Shown one piece after another: positions 19,222-28,099 of a stretch of 64,000 nt of DNA (positions are counted from its first letter, which is position 1; each line of letters opens with the position of its first letter). The notes below the pieces were generated by a model that saw nothing but the letters and a program-made list of their open reading frames with translations, had not been told where the DNA came from and did not search any database. Source of the stretch: Acidimicrobiales bacterium (GTDB taxonomy: Bacteria > Actinomycetota > Acidimicrobiia > Acidimicrobiales > DATDAH01); assembly GCA_044221555.1 (NCBI GenBank), contig JBGAOY010000001.1:135793-199792 (forward strand), read 5' to 3'. A program made the translations under genes and the position numbers.

Positions 19222-20415
19222 TCAGCGGCGGCGAGCGGCGTCGTCGGCGAGCGCCTGGAGCACCGTCTGCGCGCTGGCCGCCCACGTGAACCGGGACGCG
19301 TGCTTCACGGCCCCGGTGCCCAGGTCGGCGAGCAGCGCCGGGTCGTCGAGCAGGCGCCCGATGGCATCGGCCATCTCGACCTCACCCTCGACGAGCAGCC
19401 CGCTGACACCATCGTCGACGGCCTCGGTGTGCCCGGGGATGCGCGACGCGACCGCCGGCGTGGCGCACGCTCCGGCCTCGGTGAGGGTCATGCCCCACCC
19501 CTCCAGCAGCGAGGCGTTGGCCACGAACCACGCCTCCTGGTAGGCGGCCACCAGCCCCTCGTCGCTCACCCGGCCGCGGAACTCGAGCCAGTCGCTCATG
19601 TCGAGGTCGCGGGCGAGCCGCTCGAGATCGGCCCGCGACGGGCCGTCGCCCACGACGACGGCCCGCAGCTCGGGGTGCTCGCGGTGGGCGCGGGCGATGG
19701 CCCGCAGCGTGGTGTCGAAGCCCTTCTGGGGCATGAGCCGACCGACCGCCGCCACCAGCGGGGTGGGGGAGCGGCGGCCACCCGGTCGGAAGCGGGGATC
19801 GACCCCGTTGGGGGCCACACGGATGTCGGCGTGGGTGAGGCCGAGGCGCTCGATGACCTCGGTGCGGGTGGACTCCGACGGGGTGACGAGGGTGGCGTTG
19901 CGATACACGACGGGGATGGCGTAGCGCTCGAGCACGTGGCCGACCTGGGCCAGTCCCGGCGGGAGGAGGAGGTGCCAGGCCCCGAGGTGGACGTGGTGCA
20001 CGAACCCCACCCGGGGACCGCGGGCCCACAGCGGCGAGAAGAACGCCACGCCGTGGAACACGTCGACCAGCCCGTCGCGGGGCCCGGCCCGGCCCGACAC
20101 CTCGCGGGCGATCGTGCGGGGGAACACGGTGAGGCGCCCACCGTGGCGGACCACCGAGTACCCGTCGCGGGTGGCCGTGGCCGGGCGGCCCGCGGCGGCG
20201 GAGGTGTGGATGGTGACCTCCAGGCCGGCGTCGGCCCAGTGCCGGGCCAGCTGCGACGCGTGCTCCTCGGACCCCCCGGCCTCGGGATCGTCGTGGTCGC
20301 GCCACGCCACGACGTGGATCCGCCGGATCCCGGCGGCGTCAGCGGTCCGGCGGAGGGTCTCGGCGGAGGGTGGCGGGGGAGGGTCGCCGGGAGGAGGCGC
20401 TGCCGGGTCGGTCAC
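19222..20415 (-). CDS. Glycosyltransferase family 4 (GT-B, group 1)
   Basis: The ORF is 397 aa. The C-terminal motif EGWGMTLTEAGACATPAVASRIPGHTEAVDDGVSGLLV is the GT1/GT4 E-x7-E region. The start is a GTG at 20415. Confidence 0.85.
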   Translation of the reverse strand: MTDPAAPPPGDPPPPPSAETLRRTADAAGIRRIHVVAWRDHDDPEAGGSEEHASQLARHWADAGLEVTIHTSAAAGRPATATRDGYSVVRHGGRLTVFPRTIAREVSGRAGPRDGLVDVFHGVAFFSPLWARGPRVGFVHHVHLGAWHLLLPPGLAQVGHVLERYAIPVVYRNATLVTPSESTRTEVIERLGLTHADIRVAPNGVDPRFRPGGRRSPTPLVAAVGRLMPQKGFDTTLRAIARAHREHPELRAVVVGDGPSRADLERLARDLDMSDWLEFRGRVSDEGLVAAYQEAWFVANASLLEGWGMTLTEAGACATPAVASRIPGHTEAVDDGVSGLLVEGEVEMADAIGRLLDDPALLADLGTGAVKHASRFTWAASAQTVLQALADDAARRR

Positions 20416-20435
20416 TCTTCTACTATCGCCTCTCC
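20416..20435. promoter_or_regulatory. 20-bp divergent spacer between the GT4 and GT2-MT start codons; possible leaderless-transcript promoter core
   Basis: The sequence tcttctactatcgcctctcc is a locally AT-richer patch. A TACTAT hexamer ends 9 nt before the ATG at 20436. No room is left for separate leaders with Shine-Dalgarno sites. Confidence 0.25.
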
Positions 20436-21977
20436 ATGGCCCCGGCCCGGACGCTCGTCATCCCGATGTACCGAGAGGCGGCGCGCATCGGGTCCACCTT
20501 GGCGGCCCTGGCCGCGTCCGCGCTCAACGAGCGGGGCACCGAGATCCTGCTGGTCGACGACGGGAGCGACGACGGCACGCCCACCATCGCCAAGTCGGTG
20601 GCCGCCGACCTCGGGCTGGCCGTCACCGTCGTCGAGTTGGGGGTGAACCAGGGCAAGGGTGCGGCGGTGCGCGCCGGGATGCTCGCCAGTCGGGGTGCGG
20701 TGGTCGCGTTCGCCGACGCCGATCTGGCCAGCGACGCGGTGGACATCGAGGCGTGCTTCCGCCGTGTCGAGGCCGGGCCCGACGACGTGGTCGTCGCGAC
20801 CCGCTCCCACCCGGACAGCACGATCACGGTGGCGGCACCCCGTCACCGGGTGGTCATCGGTCGCACCTACAACGCCTTCCTCCGTCGCCTCGACCTCACC
20901 GACAGCCTCGACACGCAATGCGGGTTGAAGGGCTTCACCGCCGACGCGGCCCGGCGCCTGTTCGGCCCGCTGCGCACCACGGGGTTCGCGTTCGACATCG
21001 AGGTGCTGGCTCGGGCGCGCCAGTGCGGGCTCTCGGTCGGCGAGATGCCGATCGCCTGGGGCCACGTGGAGGGGAGCCGGGTGGGCATGCGCAGCGGGCT
21101 GCGCTCGTTCACCGACGCGGTGGCGATCCGTCGGGCGCTCGGGCCGAGCCGGCCCCGTCACGAGCCCCCGGGTGACCGCGCCCCCACCGCCATGAGCGAG
21201 GGCAAGTACGACGTCATGGCCGCAACCGAGCGGGACCACTGGTGGTTCCGGGCCAAGCGGTCGCTGGTGGTGCAGGAGGCCCTCCGCTCCGGGGTGGACC
21301 GTTGTGGCCTGGCGGTCGACGTGGGGTGTGGCACCGGGGCCGTGCTCGACACCTTGTCGCACCGGTTCGCCAGGGTGGTGGGCACCGACCTGAGCCCTCG
21401 TGCGGCGGCGCTGGCGGCACGCCTCGTGGGGCCGGCCACGGGGCCCGTGCTGGCCAGGGCCGAGGCGTTGCCGCTGCCGTCGGCGTCGGCCTCGCTGGTG
21501 ACCAGCCTCGACGTCCTCGAGCACCTCGACGACGACGTGCAGGCACTGCGGGAGCTGCGGCGGGTCACGGCCCCGGGTGGACTGCTGGTGCTGGCGGTGC
21601 CGGCGTACGAATGGGCGTGGAGCGATCACGACGACGTGCTCGGGCATCGCCGGCGCTACACCGCCCCCCGCCTGCGCAGGGTGGTCGAGGACGCCGGCCT
21701 CGAGTGCGTCCGCGTGACGTACTTCCACTCATGGCTGGCTCCGATCGCCTTCCTCCTGCGCCGCACACCGCTGCGGCGCCTGGTGGGCGGCGACCAGGAG
21801 GAGGCCAGCTACGTCAGCCCTGCGGTCAACCGCGCCTTCGTGGCCGTCACCACCCTCGAGCGGTGGCTCATCCGGTGGCTGGCGCTTCCGTTCGGTCTGT
21901 CGATCCTGCTGGTGGCGCGGCGCCCGGCTTCGGGCGGAGCCACGGAAGGCCGGGCCACGACGCGGGCACCAGGCTGA
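20436..21977 (+). CDS. Fusion protein: GT2 polyprenyl-phosphate glycosyltransferase (dolichyl-phosphate glucosyl/mannosyl-transferase-like) plus class I SAM-dependent methyltransferase with a C-terminal TM
   Basis: The N-terminal half reads LVIPMYREAARI..ILLVDDGSDDGT..FADADL..QCGLKGF..FAFDIEVL (GT2, DXD). The C-terminal half reads VDVGCGTGAV..LVTSLDVLEHLDDD..LRELRRVTAPGGLLVLAVP (Methyltransf_11/23-like), followed by the hydrophobic tail WLALPFGLSILLVA. I trimmed the start to the ATG at 20436. Confidence 0.8.
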   Translation: MAPARTLVIPMYREAARIGSTLAALAASALNERGTEILLVDDGSDDGTPTIAKSVAADLGLAVTVVELGVNQGKGAAVRAGMLASRGAVVAFADADLASDAVDIEACFRRVEAGPDDVVVATRSHPDSTITVAAPRHRVVIGRTYNAFLRRLDLTDSLDTQCGLKGFTADAARRLFGPLRTTGFAFDIEVLARARQCGLSVGEMPIAWGHVEGSRVGMRSGLRSFTDAVAIRRALGPSRPRHEPPGDRAPTAMSEGKYDVMAATERDHWWFRAKRSLVVQEALRSGVDRCGLAVDVGCGTGAVLDTLSHRFARVVGTDLSPRAAALAARLVGPATGPVLARAEALPLPSASASLVTSLDVLEHLDDDVQALRELRRVTAPGGLLVLAVPAYEWAWSDHDDVLGHRRRYTAPRLRRVVEDAGLECVRVTYFHSWLAPIAFLLRRTPLRRLVGGDQEEASYVSPAVNRAFVAVTTLERWLIRWLALPFGLSILLVARRPASGGATEGRATTRAPG

Positions 21978-24900
21978 CCAGCACGGCGGCCACCGCCTGC
22001 ACGGCCAGGATCTGGGTGGCGGCACCGAAGGCGTTGCCGCCCGGCCCGGCGCTCAGGGCCACCAGGACGCCGGCCAGGAGGTACGACGCCGCCGCCAGCA
22101 CGGGCAGCGAGTCGTCCCTGCCCGGCAGCAGGAGCAGCAGGGGCACGAGCACGGCGAGCGGGCCACCGATCACGAAGCACAGGGCGACGGCCAGGACGAA
22201 CGTGACGAGGGGGGGCAGCACGCGTCCGTCGGCCGGCGCCGGTGCGCGCGCGTGGCGGCGTCTCACGAACGCGAGCACGAAGAGCACCGCCACGAAGACG
22301 GTCCCGAGCGCCAGCGCGCCGCGGTAGTCGCGGTCGGGCGCGAACGACATGGCGACGGTGCCACCGTCGCCCGCCGGGATCACCCAGCCCTGGCGCCAGC
22401 CGTCGAGGCGCACCGGCTCGAGAGCGTGGCCGTCCAGCGTGGCCTCCCACCCCTCGTTGAAGTTCTCGGCCACGGCCAGGTAGGCCTCGTCGCCCGCCGC
22501 GACCGTGGCGGTGCGCTCGACCGTGCCCCACGAGCCGATGTCGACGGCGCGTGGCGCGGCGGCCTCGGCGCGGTCCTGATCGGTATCGGTGGCGTCACGA
22601 AGGCTGAGTCGTGACGGGTCGAACAGGGGCACCGGTGGGGCGTCGATCTCGTGGCGCCCGGCGGTGATGGCGACGGGCTCGCCGCAGCCGGTCATGGTCA
22701 GCGGTCGCGCCTCGAGCAGGTCGCGGACGCGACCCGAGAGCGAGGTCTGGACGACCTGGTCATCGATCGTGATGGCGGGCCCCTCGCCGCAGGGGCGGCG
22801 GAAGGTGGCATCCGGGTCGAGCGATGACACCCCGAGGTCGTCGAGGGCGGCGAACTCCAGCTCGGCGATGCCGACGGCCCGCGACGCGTTCGAGAGCGGG
22901 TCGACCGACGTCGGGAACGAGATCGTGACCTCGTTGGTGACGAGGGCGCGGAACGATCCCTGGCCGGCTCGCCCGATCACGACGTCCCGGTCACCGGCGG
23001 GGCTCTCGAGTCGCAGGCTGCTGGGCCGCTCGGTGGGTGCGCCGGTCGCGGTGAGCAGCACCTGCGACAGCGACCGCGGCTCGTCCCACCGGAGGGTCAC
23101 CGTGGGCACGGGGTTGGAGGGGTCGGAGATCCACGACGTGCTCGGATCGCCGTCGAGCAGTCGTCGAGCCGAGAAGTTGGGTAGGCCGCCCCATGTGGAG
23201 GTGGTGGTGACGGACACCTGGGCGGGCTCGCCCAGCGAATCCACCAGCCGGATGAGGTTGTCGCCGGGAACCGGTGCGGCAGTGCCGCTGAGGGCGAACG
23301 TGGCGGCATCGGGCAGGCGCACGACGCGGCGCAGGCCCACCTCCTCGTCGTGACGGGTCAGGTCGAAGGGGTCGGCCCGGGGGCGGTCGAGCACGACGAG
23401 CGGCGCCGCCGAGCCATCGAGCGCGTCGGGGCGGTCGGCCGGGGTGACGAGGGGCCGCTGCACCTCGAGGCCCGGGATGGTGACCTCGCTGATGCCGGGG
23501 CCCTCGAGGGCGTTGGTGCCGCCCAGCACGTCGGTGATGGTGATGCGGATGAACGAGGTCTCGCCGGACGGGAGCGACACGCCGTTGGCCCCGGCACTGG
23601 CGGCCAGGCTGCTCTCGCGGCGCCCGGCCTCGGTCGCTATCTGCACGGCGGCGACGCGCCCTCGCCCGACCCGTGCCGGAGGGATCTCGATGCCGATGCG
23701 GTCGATCTCGACGGGCTCGTCGAGTCGGAGCTCGATCCACTGGCCGACCGCGCTGCCCGTCCGGGACGGGCGCCAGACGGTGGCGGCGTCGCCGTCGAAC
23801 GCCGCGAACGGCTGCGCCTCGGGGAGGCGGGCGAGGCCGAGGGCGTAGGAGGACGAGGACAGGTCGGCGGCGCCGCGGTTGCGGGCGGTCGTCTGGTGCT
23901 CGATGCCGGGGACCACGAGGCGGTCGTGGGGTGGGCGACCGGTGTTCGGCGAGTCCTCGTCCGGGGTGAGCACGTAGGACGCGTTGGTGTGGACCCGGCC
24001 GAAGTTGACGTCGCGGCGTCCCAGGTCGTCGGTGAGCACCCACCGGTCGTCGGCACCGAGGGGCGCCCGCTCGTCGCCGGAGAGCACGACGGCCCGGTCG
24101 TCCAGTGACTCGGTCTCGTCGACCGGCAGCATGGCCTCGGGGCCGCCGCTCAGCACCTGGGTGTCGGTGGTCGGGTAGGTGACCAGGCGCGACGCCTCGG
24201 GGGCGACCTCGTAGATCTCCACCGCCTGCAGCGGGTTCGCGGCGGCCGCGGCGACGTCGGGCACGAGGCGGGTGGTGACCGCGAGGGGCTCGACCTCGGG
24301 GCCGAACCGCGCGACCCGCTCGATCCCTGGCGTGCCCGCCAGCACCGCCCGCACGATCTGTGGGCGTGGCGACGTGACGCGCCGGACGTCGAGGTCGTTG
24401 CGCACCACCAGGTACCGGACACCGGCACGGGCCAGGTACGGCGCCAGCGCCGGTGAGCGGGTGCCGGTCGTGAGGAGGTTCTCGACCCCGTCCAGGAGGC
24501 GGACGGCGCCCACCGACCCCAGCGGGATGAGGTCGCGCACCGCCCACGGATCCTCGGCGAGCGGCTGCAGCGGCTCGTTGAACGTCCGGCCCCAGTCGTA
24601 CTCGCCGAAGGACGCGCCAGGGAGGATCAGGGTGCGTTCGCCGTCACCGTGGTCGGCCAACCAGTCCGCGGTGTCCTGCCAGTAGCCGGGCAGGTGCTCG
24701 AAGGACCCGAGGGTGGCGACCCGGCCGGACACGACGGGGAACGCCGCCATGCCGATCAGCACGAGGGCGAGGGCGGCGGCGACCGGTCGGGCCCAGACCG
24801 GTCGCGGCCGGCCGGTGCGCTGCCACGATCGCCGCGTCCAGGCGGTGAGGGCGCTGGTGCCGTGGGCGACGCCGAGAGCGATCGTGAGCGCGATGACCGG

Positions 24901-25998
24901 GCTGAACTTGTGGAGGTTGCGGAAGGCCGCGAGGGGCCCGTCGAGCAGGTCGCGCACCTGGCCGGCGGCGCCACCGCCGAACGGGCCGGTGTAGCCCGAG
25001 GCCATCACCGCGGCGCCCACGCCCAGCGTGAGCGCCAGCATGGTGCGCTCGGGCATGTCCCGCCGGGCCAGGCCACCGAGGCCGAGGGCGGTGAACAGCG
25101 CGGTGGCGATCACCGCGGCGGGCAGGGTGATGAGCGACCAGGCGCCCTGCAACCAGGGTCGCCCGCCGACCACCAGGTACCCCACCCAGTTGCCGGTGCC
25201 GCGGAGCACCTCGACCGCGGAGGTGGTGGCGGTGGTGATCGACGCGGTCTCGGTGTACGCCGAGAAGGCCAGGCCGTAGCGACCCTGGAGGAGCAGGGGG
25301 ACGGCCCACCACGTGGTCGCGAGCACCACGGCGAGGGCCCACCAGCCCATCAGCGCCCGGCGCCGTGGTCCGGGCGAGCGGGTGAGCAGCCACAGCGCCG
25401 GGAAGACGAGCACGGCGATGGTGGCGGCCGCGTTGACGCCGCCCATCGCCACGATGGCCAGGCCGGACAGCGCCGCGGCCCGTCGTGTCGACCCGCGCGT
25501 GGCGCCCACGACGAGCGGGAGGACCACCCAGGGGAGCAGGGCGTGGGGCAACTCGACGCCTGACTGGAACCCCACGAGGGTGAGGATCGACGGGCTGAGG
25601 CCGTAGACCGCGGCGCCGACGACGCGGGCGCCGGGGCGGCCGATGTCGAGGGCCTCGAGCAGGCGCAGCGCGCCCCACAGCCCGATCAGCAGCAGCGACG
25701 CGAACCACACCCGCTGCAACACCCAGCCGGGCACACCGATGGCATGGCCGATCGCGAAGTACGGCCCGATCGGGAAGAGGTACCCCGCCGCCTGGTTCTG
25801 GAGCTGGCCGAACGAGGCCGATGGGTCCCAGAGGTGCAGCGTGCGACTCAGGAAGCCGACCGGGTCGACGACCAGGTCGAGCTTGGTGTCGCGCACCAGC
25901 CGGCCGGGGGCCTGCAGGAAGCAGCCGACGACCACGATCGCCGACAGCACGAGCGGCTGGGCGCGCCGGTGGGCCCAGGCCGTGAAGGTGGCGGTCAC
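21868..25998 (-). CDS. AftD-like (DUF3367-type) giant GT-C glycosyltransferase, paralog 2
   Basis: The ORF is 1376 aa. Its N-terminus reads ..GRLVRDTKLDLVVDPVGFLSRTLHLWDPSASFGQLQNQAAGYLFPIGPYF.., followed by a multi-TM core. Discoidin-like motifs are FDGDAATVWRPS and LLDGDPSTSWISD, and C-terminal TMs follow. The start is a GTG overlapping the upstream stop (GTGA). Confidence 0.75.
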   Translation of the reverse strand: MTATFTAWAHRRAQPLVLSAIVVVGCFLQAPGRLVRDTKLDLVVDPVGFLSRTLHLWDPSASFGQLQNQAAGYLFPIGPYFAIGHAIGVPGWVLQRVWFASLLLIGLWGALRLLEALDIGRPGARVVGAAVYGLSPSILTLVGFQSGVELPHALLPWVVLPLVVGATRGSTRRAAALSGLAIVAMGGVNAAATIAVLVFPALWLLTRSPGPRRRALMGWWALAVVLATTWWAVPLLLQGRYGLAFSAYTETASITTATTSAVEVLRGTGNWVGYLVVGGRPWLQGAWSLITLPAAVIATALFTALGLGGLARRDMPERTMLALTLGVGAAVMASGYTGPFGGGAAGQVRDLLDGPLAAFRNLHKFSPVIALTIALGVAHGTSALTAWTRRSWQRTGRPRPVWARPVAAALALVLIGMAAFPVVSGRVATLGSFEHLPGYWQDTADWLADHGDGERTLILPGASFGEYDWGRTFNEPLQPLAEDPWAVRDLIPLGSVGAVRLLDGVENLLTTGTRSPALAPYLARAGVRYLVVRNDLDVRRVTSPRPQIVRAVLAGTPGIERVARFGPEVEPLAVTTRLVPDVAAAAANPLQAVEIYEVAPEASRLVTYPTTDTQVLSGGPEAMLPVDETESLDDRAVVLSGDERAPLGADDRWVLTDDLGRRDVNFGRVHTNASYVLTPDEDSPNTGRPPHDRLVVPGIEHQTTARNRGAADLSSSSYALGLARLPEAQPFAAFDGDAATVWRPSRTGSAVGQWIELRLDEPVEIDRIGIEIPPARVGRGRVAAVQIATEAGRRESSLAASAGANGVSLPSGETSFIRITITDVLGGTNALEGPGISEVTIPGLEVQRPLVTPADRPDALDGSAAPLVVLDRPRADPFDLTRHDEEVGLRRVVRLPDAATFALSGTAAPVPGDNLIRLVDSLGEPAQVSVTTTSTWGGLPNFSARRLLDGDPSTSWISDPSNPVPTVTLRWDEPRSLSQVLLTATGAPTERPSSLRLESPAGDRDVVIGRAGQGSFRALVTNEVTISFPTSVDPLSNASRAVGIAELEFAALDDLGVSSLDPDATFRRPCGEGPAITIDDQVVQTSLSGRVRDLLEARPLTMTGCGEPVAITAGRHEIDAPPVPLFDPSRLSLRDATDTDQDRAEAAAPRAVDIGSWGTVERTATVAAGDEAYLAVAENFNEGWEATLDGHALEPVRLDGWRQGWVIPAGDGGTVAMSFAPDRDYRGALALGTVFVAVLFVLAFVRRRHARAPAPADGRVLPPLVTFVLAVALCFVIGGPLAVLVPLLLLLPGRDDSLPVLAAASYLLAGVLVALSAGPGGNAFGAATQILAVQAVAAVLVSLVPASWPGLPWLRPKPGAAPPAGSTDRTEAPATG

Positions 25999-26726
25999 GG
26001 GGCCGCCAGCAGCTGGTCGTGGAGGGAACGGGCCTGGTCCACCAGGGCCTGCTGGCGCGGCTCGGCGAGACGGGCACTGAGCCGGGCGCGGGCCTCGGCC
26101 CGGCTGGCGTCGGGTCGGGCGACGGCTTCCCGGTAACGCGCTCGGCCGTGCACCGCCAGCTGCTTGTCGTCGATGACCGCGAACACCCGCGCGACGTTGT
26201 CGGGCGTGTGGTCGAAGCGGGCGAAGGAGGTGCCGAACCGGGTGTTGAGCCGATCGACCACCGGGCCGAAATCGGTCGTGGCCTCGTCGAAGGTGACGAG
26301 CAGCAGGTCACCGAGGAGTGGCTGGATCTGGCGGTGGTAGTGGATCCAGTACCGCACGAGGTGCTCGACCCGGTGGTGCGGGTCGGCGATGGCCATCGAC
26401 ACCGCGGCGTCATGCGGGTCGCGCAGCAGCACCATGGTCGGCACCCCCCGGCGGGTCGCGAGCTTCACCTGGGCCGGCAGGTGCACGTGGCTCGCGACCA
26501 CGACGGGTCGCGGCTGGCTGAAGGCGAAGGCCTTCGCCGCGAAGGTGTTGCCCGAGCGGGGGAAGCCCTCGATCACCAACTCGGTGCGCGCCGTGATGGC
26601 GCGTTCGCGAGCGCTCTCCGGGGTCAGGGCCCGCTGGAGCGGGAGGAACGCCGGGGCATCGCCGAGCAATTCGTGGGCGCGGCGGACGAGCCGTCGTCCG
26701 TGCACCCGGGCGGCCGCGGTGCTCAT
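25995..26726 (-). CDS. Sulfotransferase-family protein (putative, PAPS-dependent)
   Basis: The ORF is 243 aa and soluble. LVIEGFPRSGNTFAAK resembles the 5'-phosphosulfate-binding loop (PxSGTT type). VLLRDPHDAAVSMA resembles the 3'-phosphate-binding RxPxDxxxS motif. Confidence 0.5.
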   Translation of the reverse strand: MSTAAARVHGRRLVRRAHELLGDAPAFLPLQRALTPESARERAITARTELVIEGFPRSGNTFAAKAFAFSQPRPVVVASHVHLPAQVKLATRRGVPTMVLLRDPHDAAVSMAIADPHHRVEHLVRYWIHYHRQIQPLLGDLLLVTFDEATTDFGPVVDRLNTRFGTSFARFDHTPDNVARVFAVIDDKQLAVHGRARYREAVARPDASRAEARARLSARLAEPRQQALVDQARSLHDQLLAAP

Positions 26727-28099
26727 CGGTCACCTCCGAGCGCCGCGCCCGCCTGCTCGGTCGAAGGCGACGGGTCGGGTGCCATCCGCCGGCTGACGGC
26801 GGCTGCCGCGCCGACGGCGACCAGGGGCCCGAGGACGAACCACAGGTTGCGGTCGCCGACGGTCACGACGGCGAGACCGGCTGCCAGCACCGGGACCGCG
26901 AGCCACGGCAGGTGCCGCCGCCAGGACTCGCCGAGCGTCGCGCGGCGGGCCCAGAGCTCGTCGACGGCGAGCGCGACGACGACCCCGTCGACCGCGAGCC
27001 TCAGCACCATTCCCGGCCCGCTGCCGACCGTCGCCGGCCAGGTCGCCGCAGCCGACCACCACCCATCGACGGCGTCGTCGACCCCCGAGGCCCAGAGCCA
27101 CAGCCCGAGGACGGCGGCGCCCAGGACCGTCCCGGCCCGAGCCAGTGTCGTGCCCGAGGACACCGGGGCGGGCCAGACGATGATCCACACGACGGCCACG
27201 GGGAGGACGATGAGCGCCTCAGGGCGGGCCAGCGTGCCCACCGCCAGCAGCGCGCCCGCCGTCACCGCTCTGGCCGCGGTGAGCCGGTCGGGCCAGGCGA
27301 GCAGCAGCGCGGTGACCACGGTGAGGCCGGCCAGGGCGCCCGGGAGCGGTTGGGCCCAGACGAGCGGCAGAGCCGCCACGACGAGCCCGGCGAGGATGCC
27401 GGTGCGGCGGCCGCCGAGGCGGGTGCCCAGCACGAGGGTGGCGGCGGCGGTGGCCGCGGTGGTGGCCGCGAGGGCCGCCCCGAGGGCGGAGGGGAACGCG
27501 GCCGCCACCACCAGTGCGGCCGGCGGGTACCGGGTGGCACCGGGGGCGTGCAGGAAGCCCTGGCCGGCCCGCAGCGCCTCGGCGGCGGCCCGTGCCCCAT
27601 CGGGTAGGGCGGCGGGCGCGACGGCCAGCGACACGGCGCCCGCGAGCACGGTGACGGCGGCACACGGCAGCCAGGGGCCGATCCGCTCACGCAGGGCGGC
27701 GTGGTCGGCCGGCTGGGGCGCGGCGGGGCTGAGTGCCCGATCGGAGCGGGCGGCGCGTGCGACCGCGACGAGCAGGCTCACGCCCGCGGCCAGACCAGCA
27801 GCCGCACCCCACGGCCGGTCGGCGGCGAAGCTCTGACGGAGGCTGTCGGGGCCCGGCCAGGCGCCGAGCACCGACCCGACGGCCGCGGTCGCCAGGAGGC
27901 CCACCGTGAGCGCGCCCAGCCAGTCGGGGTGACGCCGCCACACCAGCACCGCGAGGGCGGCGATCACGAGGCCGAAGGGGCCGCCGATCAGGAAGCCGCC
28001 GGCGACGACGAGCGTGATCGTCAGCGGCCCTGGTGGGGTGTCGCGTCCGGGCTGCGGTGCGGGGTCGAGCTCGTCTCGGGGGATGGGGGTGGCGGTCAC
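26723..28099 (-). CDS. Polytopic Ala-rich integral membrane protein, possibly GT-C/ArnT-like
   Basis: The ORF is 458 aa with 10 or more hydrophobic segments. It is translationally coupled on both sides by 4-nt overlaps. The family was not recognised with confidence. Confidence 0.5.
   Translation of the reverse strand: MTATPIPRDELDPAPQPGRDTPPGPLTITLVVAGGFLIGGPFGLVIAALAVLVWRRHPDWLGALTVGLLATAAVGSVLGAWPGPDSLRQSFAADRPWGAAAGLAAGVSLLVAVARAARSDRALSPAAPQPADHAALRERIGPWLPCAAVTVLAGAVSLAVAPAALPDGARAAAEALRAGQGFLHAPGATRYPPAALVVAAAFPSALGAALAATTAATAAATLVLGTRLGGRRTGILAGLVVAALPLVWAQPLPGALAGLTVVTALLLAWPDRLTAARAVTAGALLAVGTLARPEALIVLPVAVVWIIVWPAPVSSGTTLARAGTVLGAAVLGLWLWASGVDDAVDGWWSAAATWPATVGSGPGMVLRLAVDGVVVALAVDELWARRATLGESWRRHLPWLAVPVLAAGLAVVTVGDRNLWFVLGPLVAVGAAAAVSRRMAPDPSPSTEQAGAALGGDR

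Noticed and set aside
16036-20646. Large antisense ORFs (16036-17670 +, 17820-19289 +, 18781-20646 +) across SBP2, the lytic transglycosylase and GT4.
   Set aside because: They have the same GC-driven open-frame pattern. The opposite-strand genes carry unambiguous family motifs.
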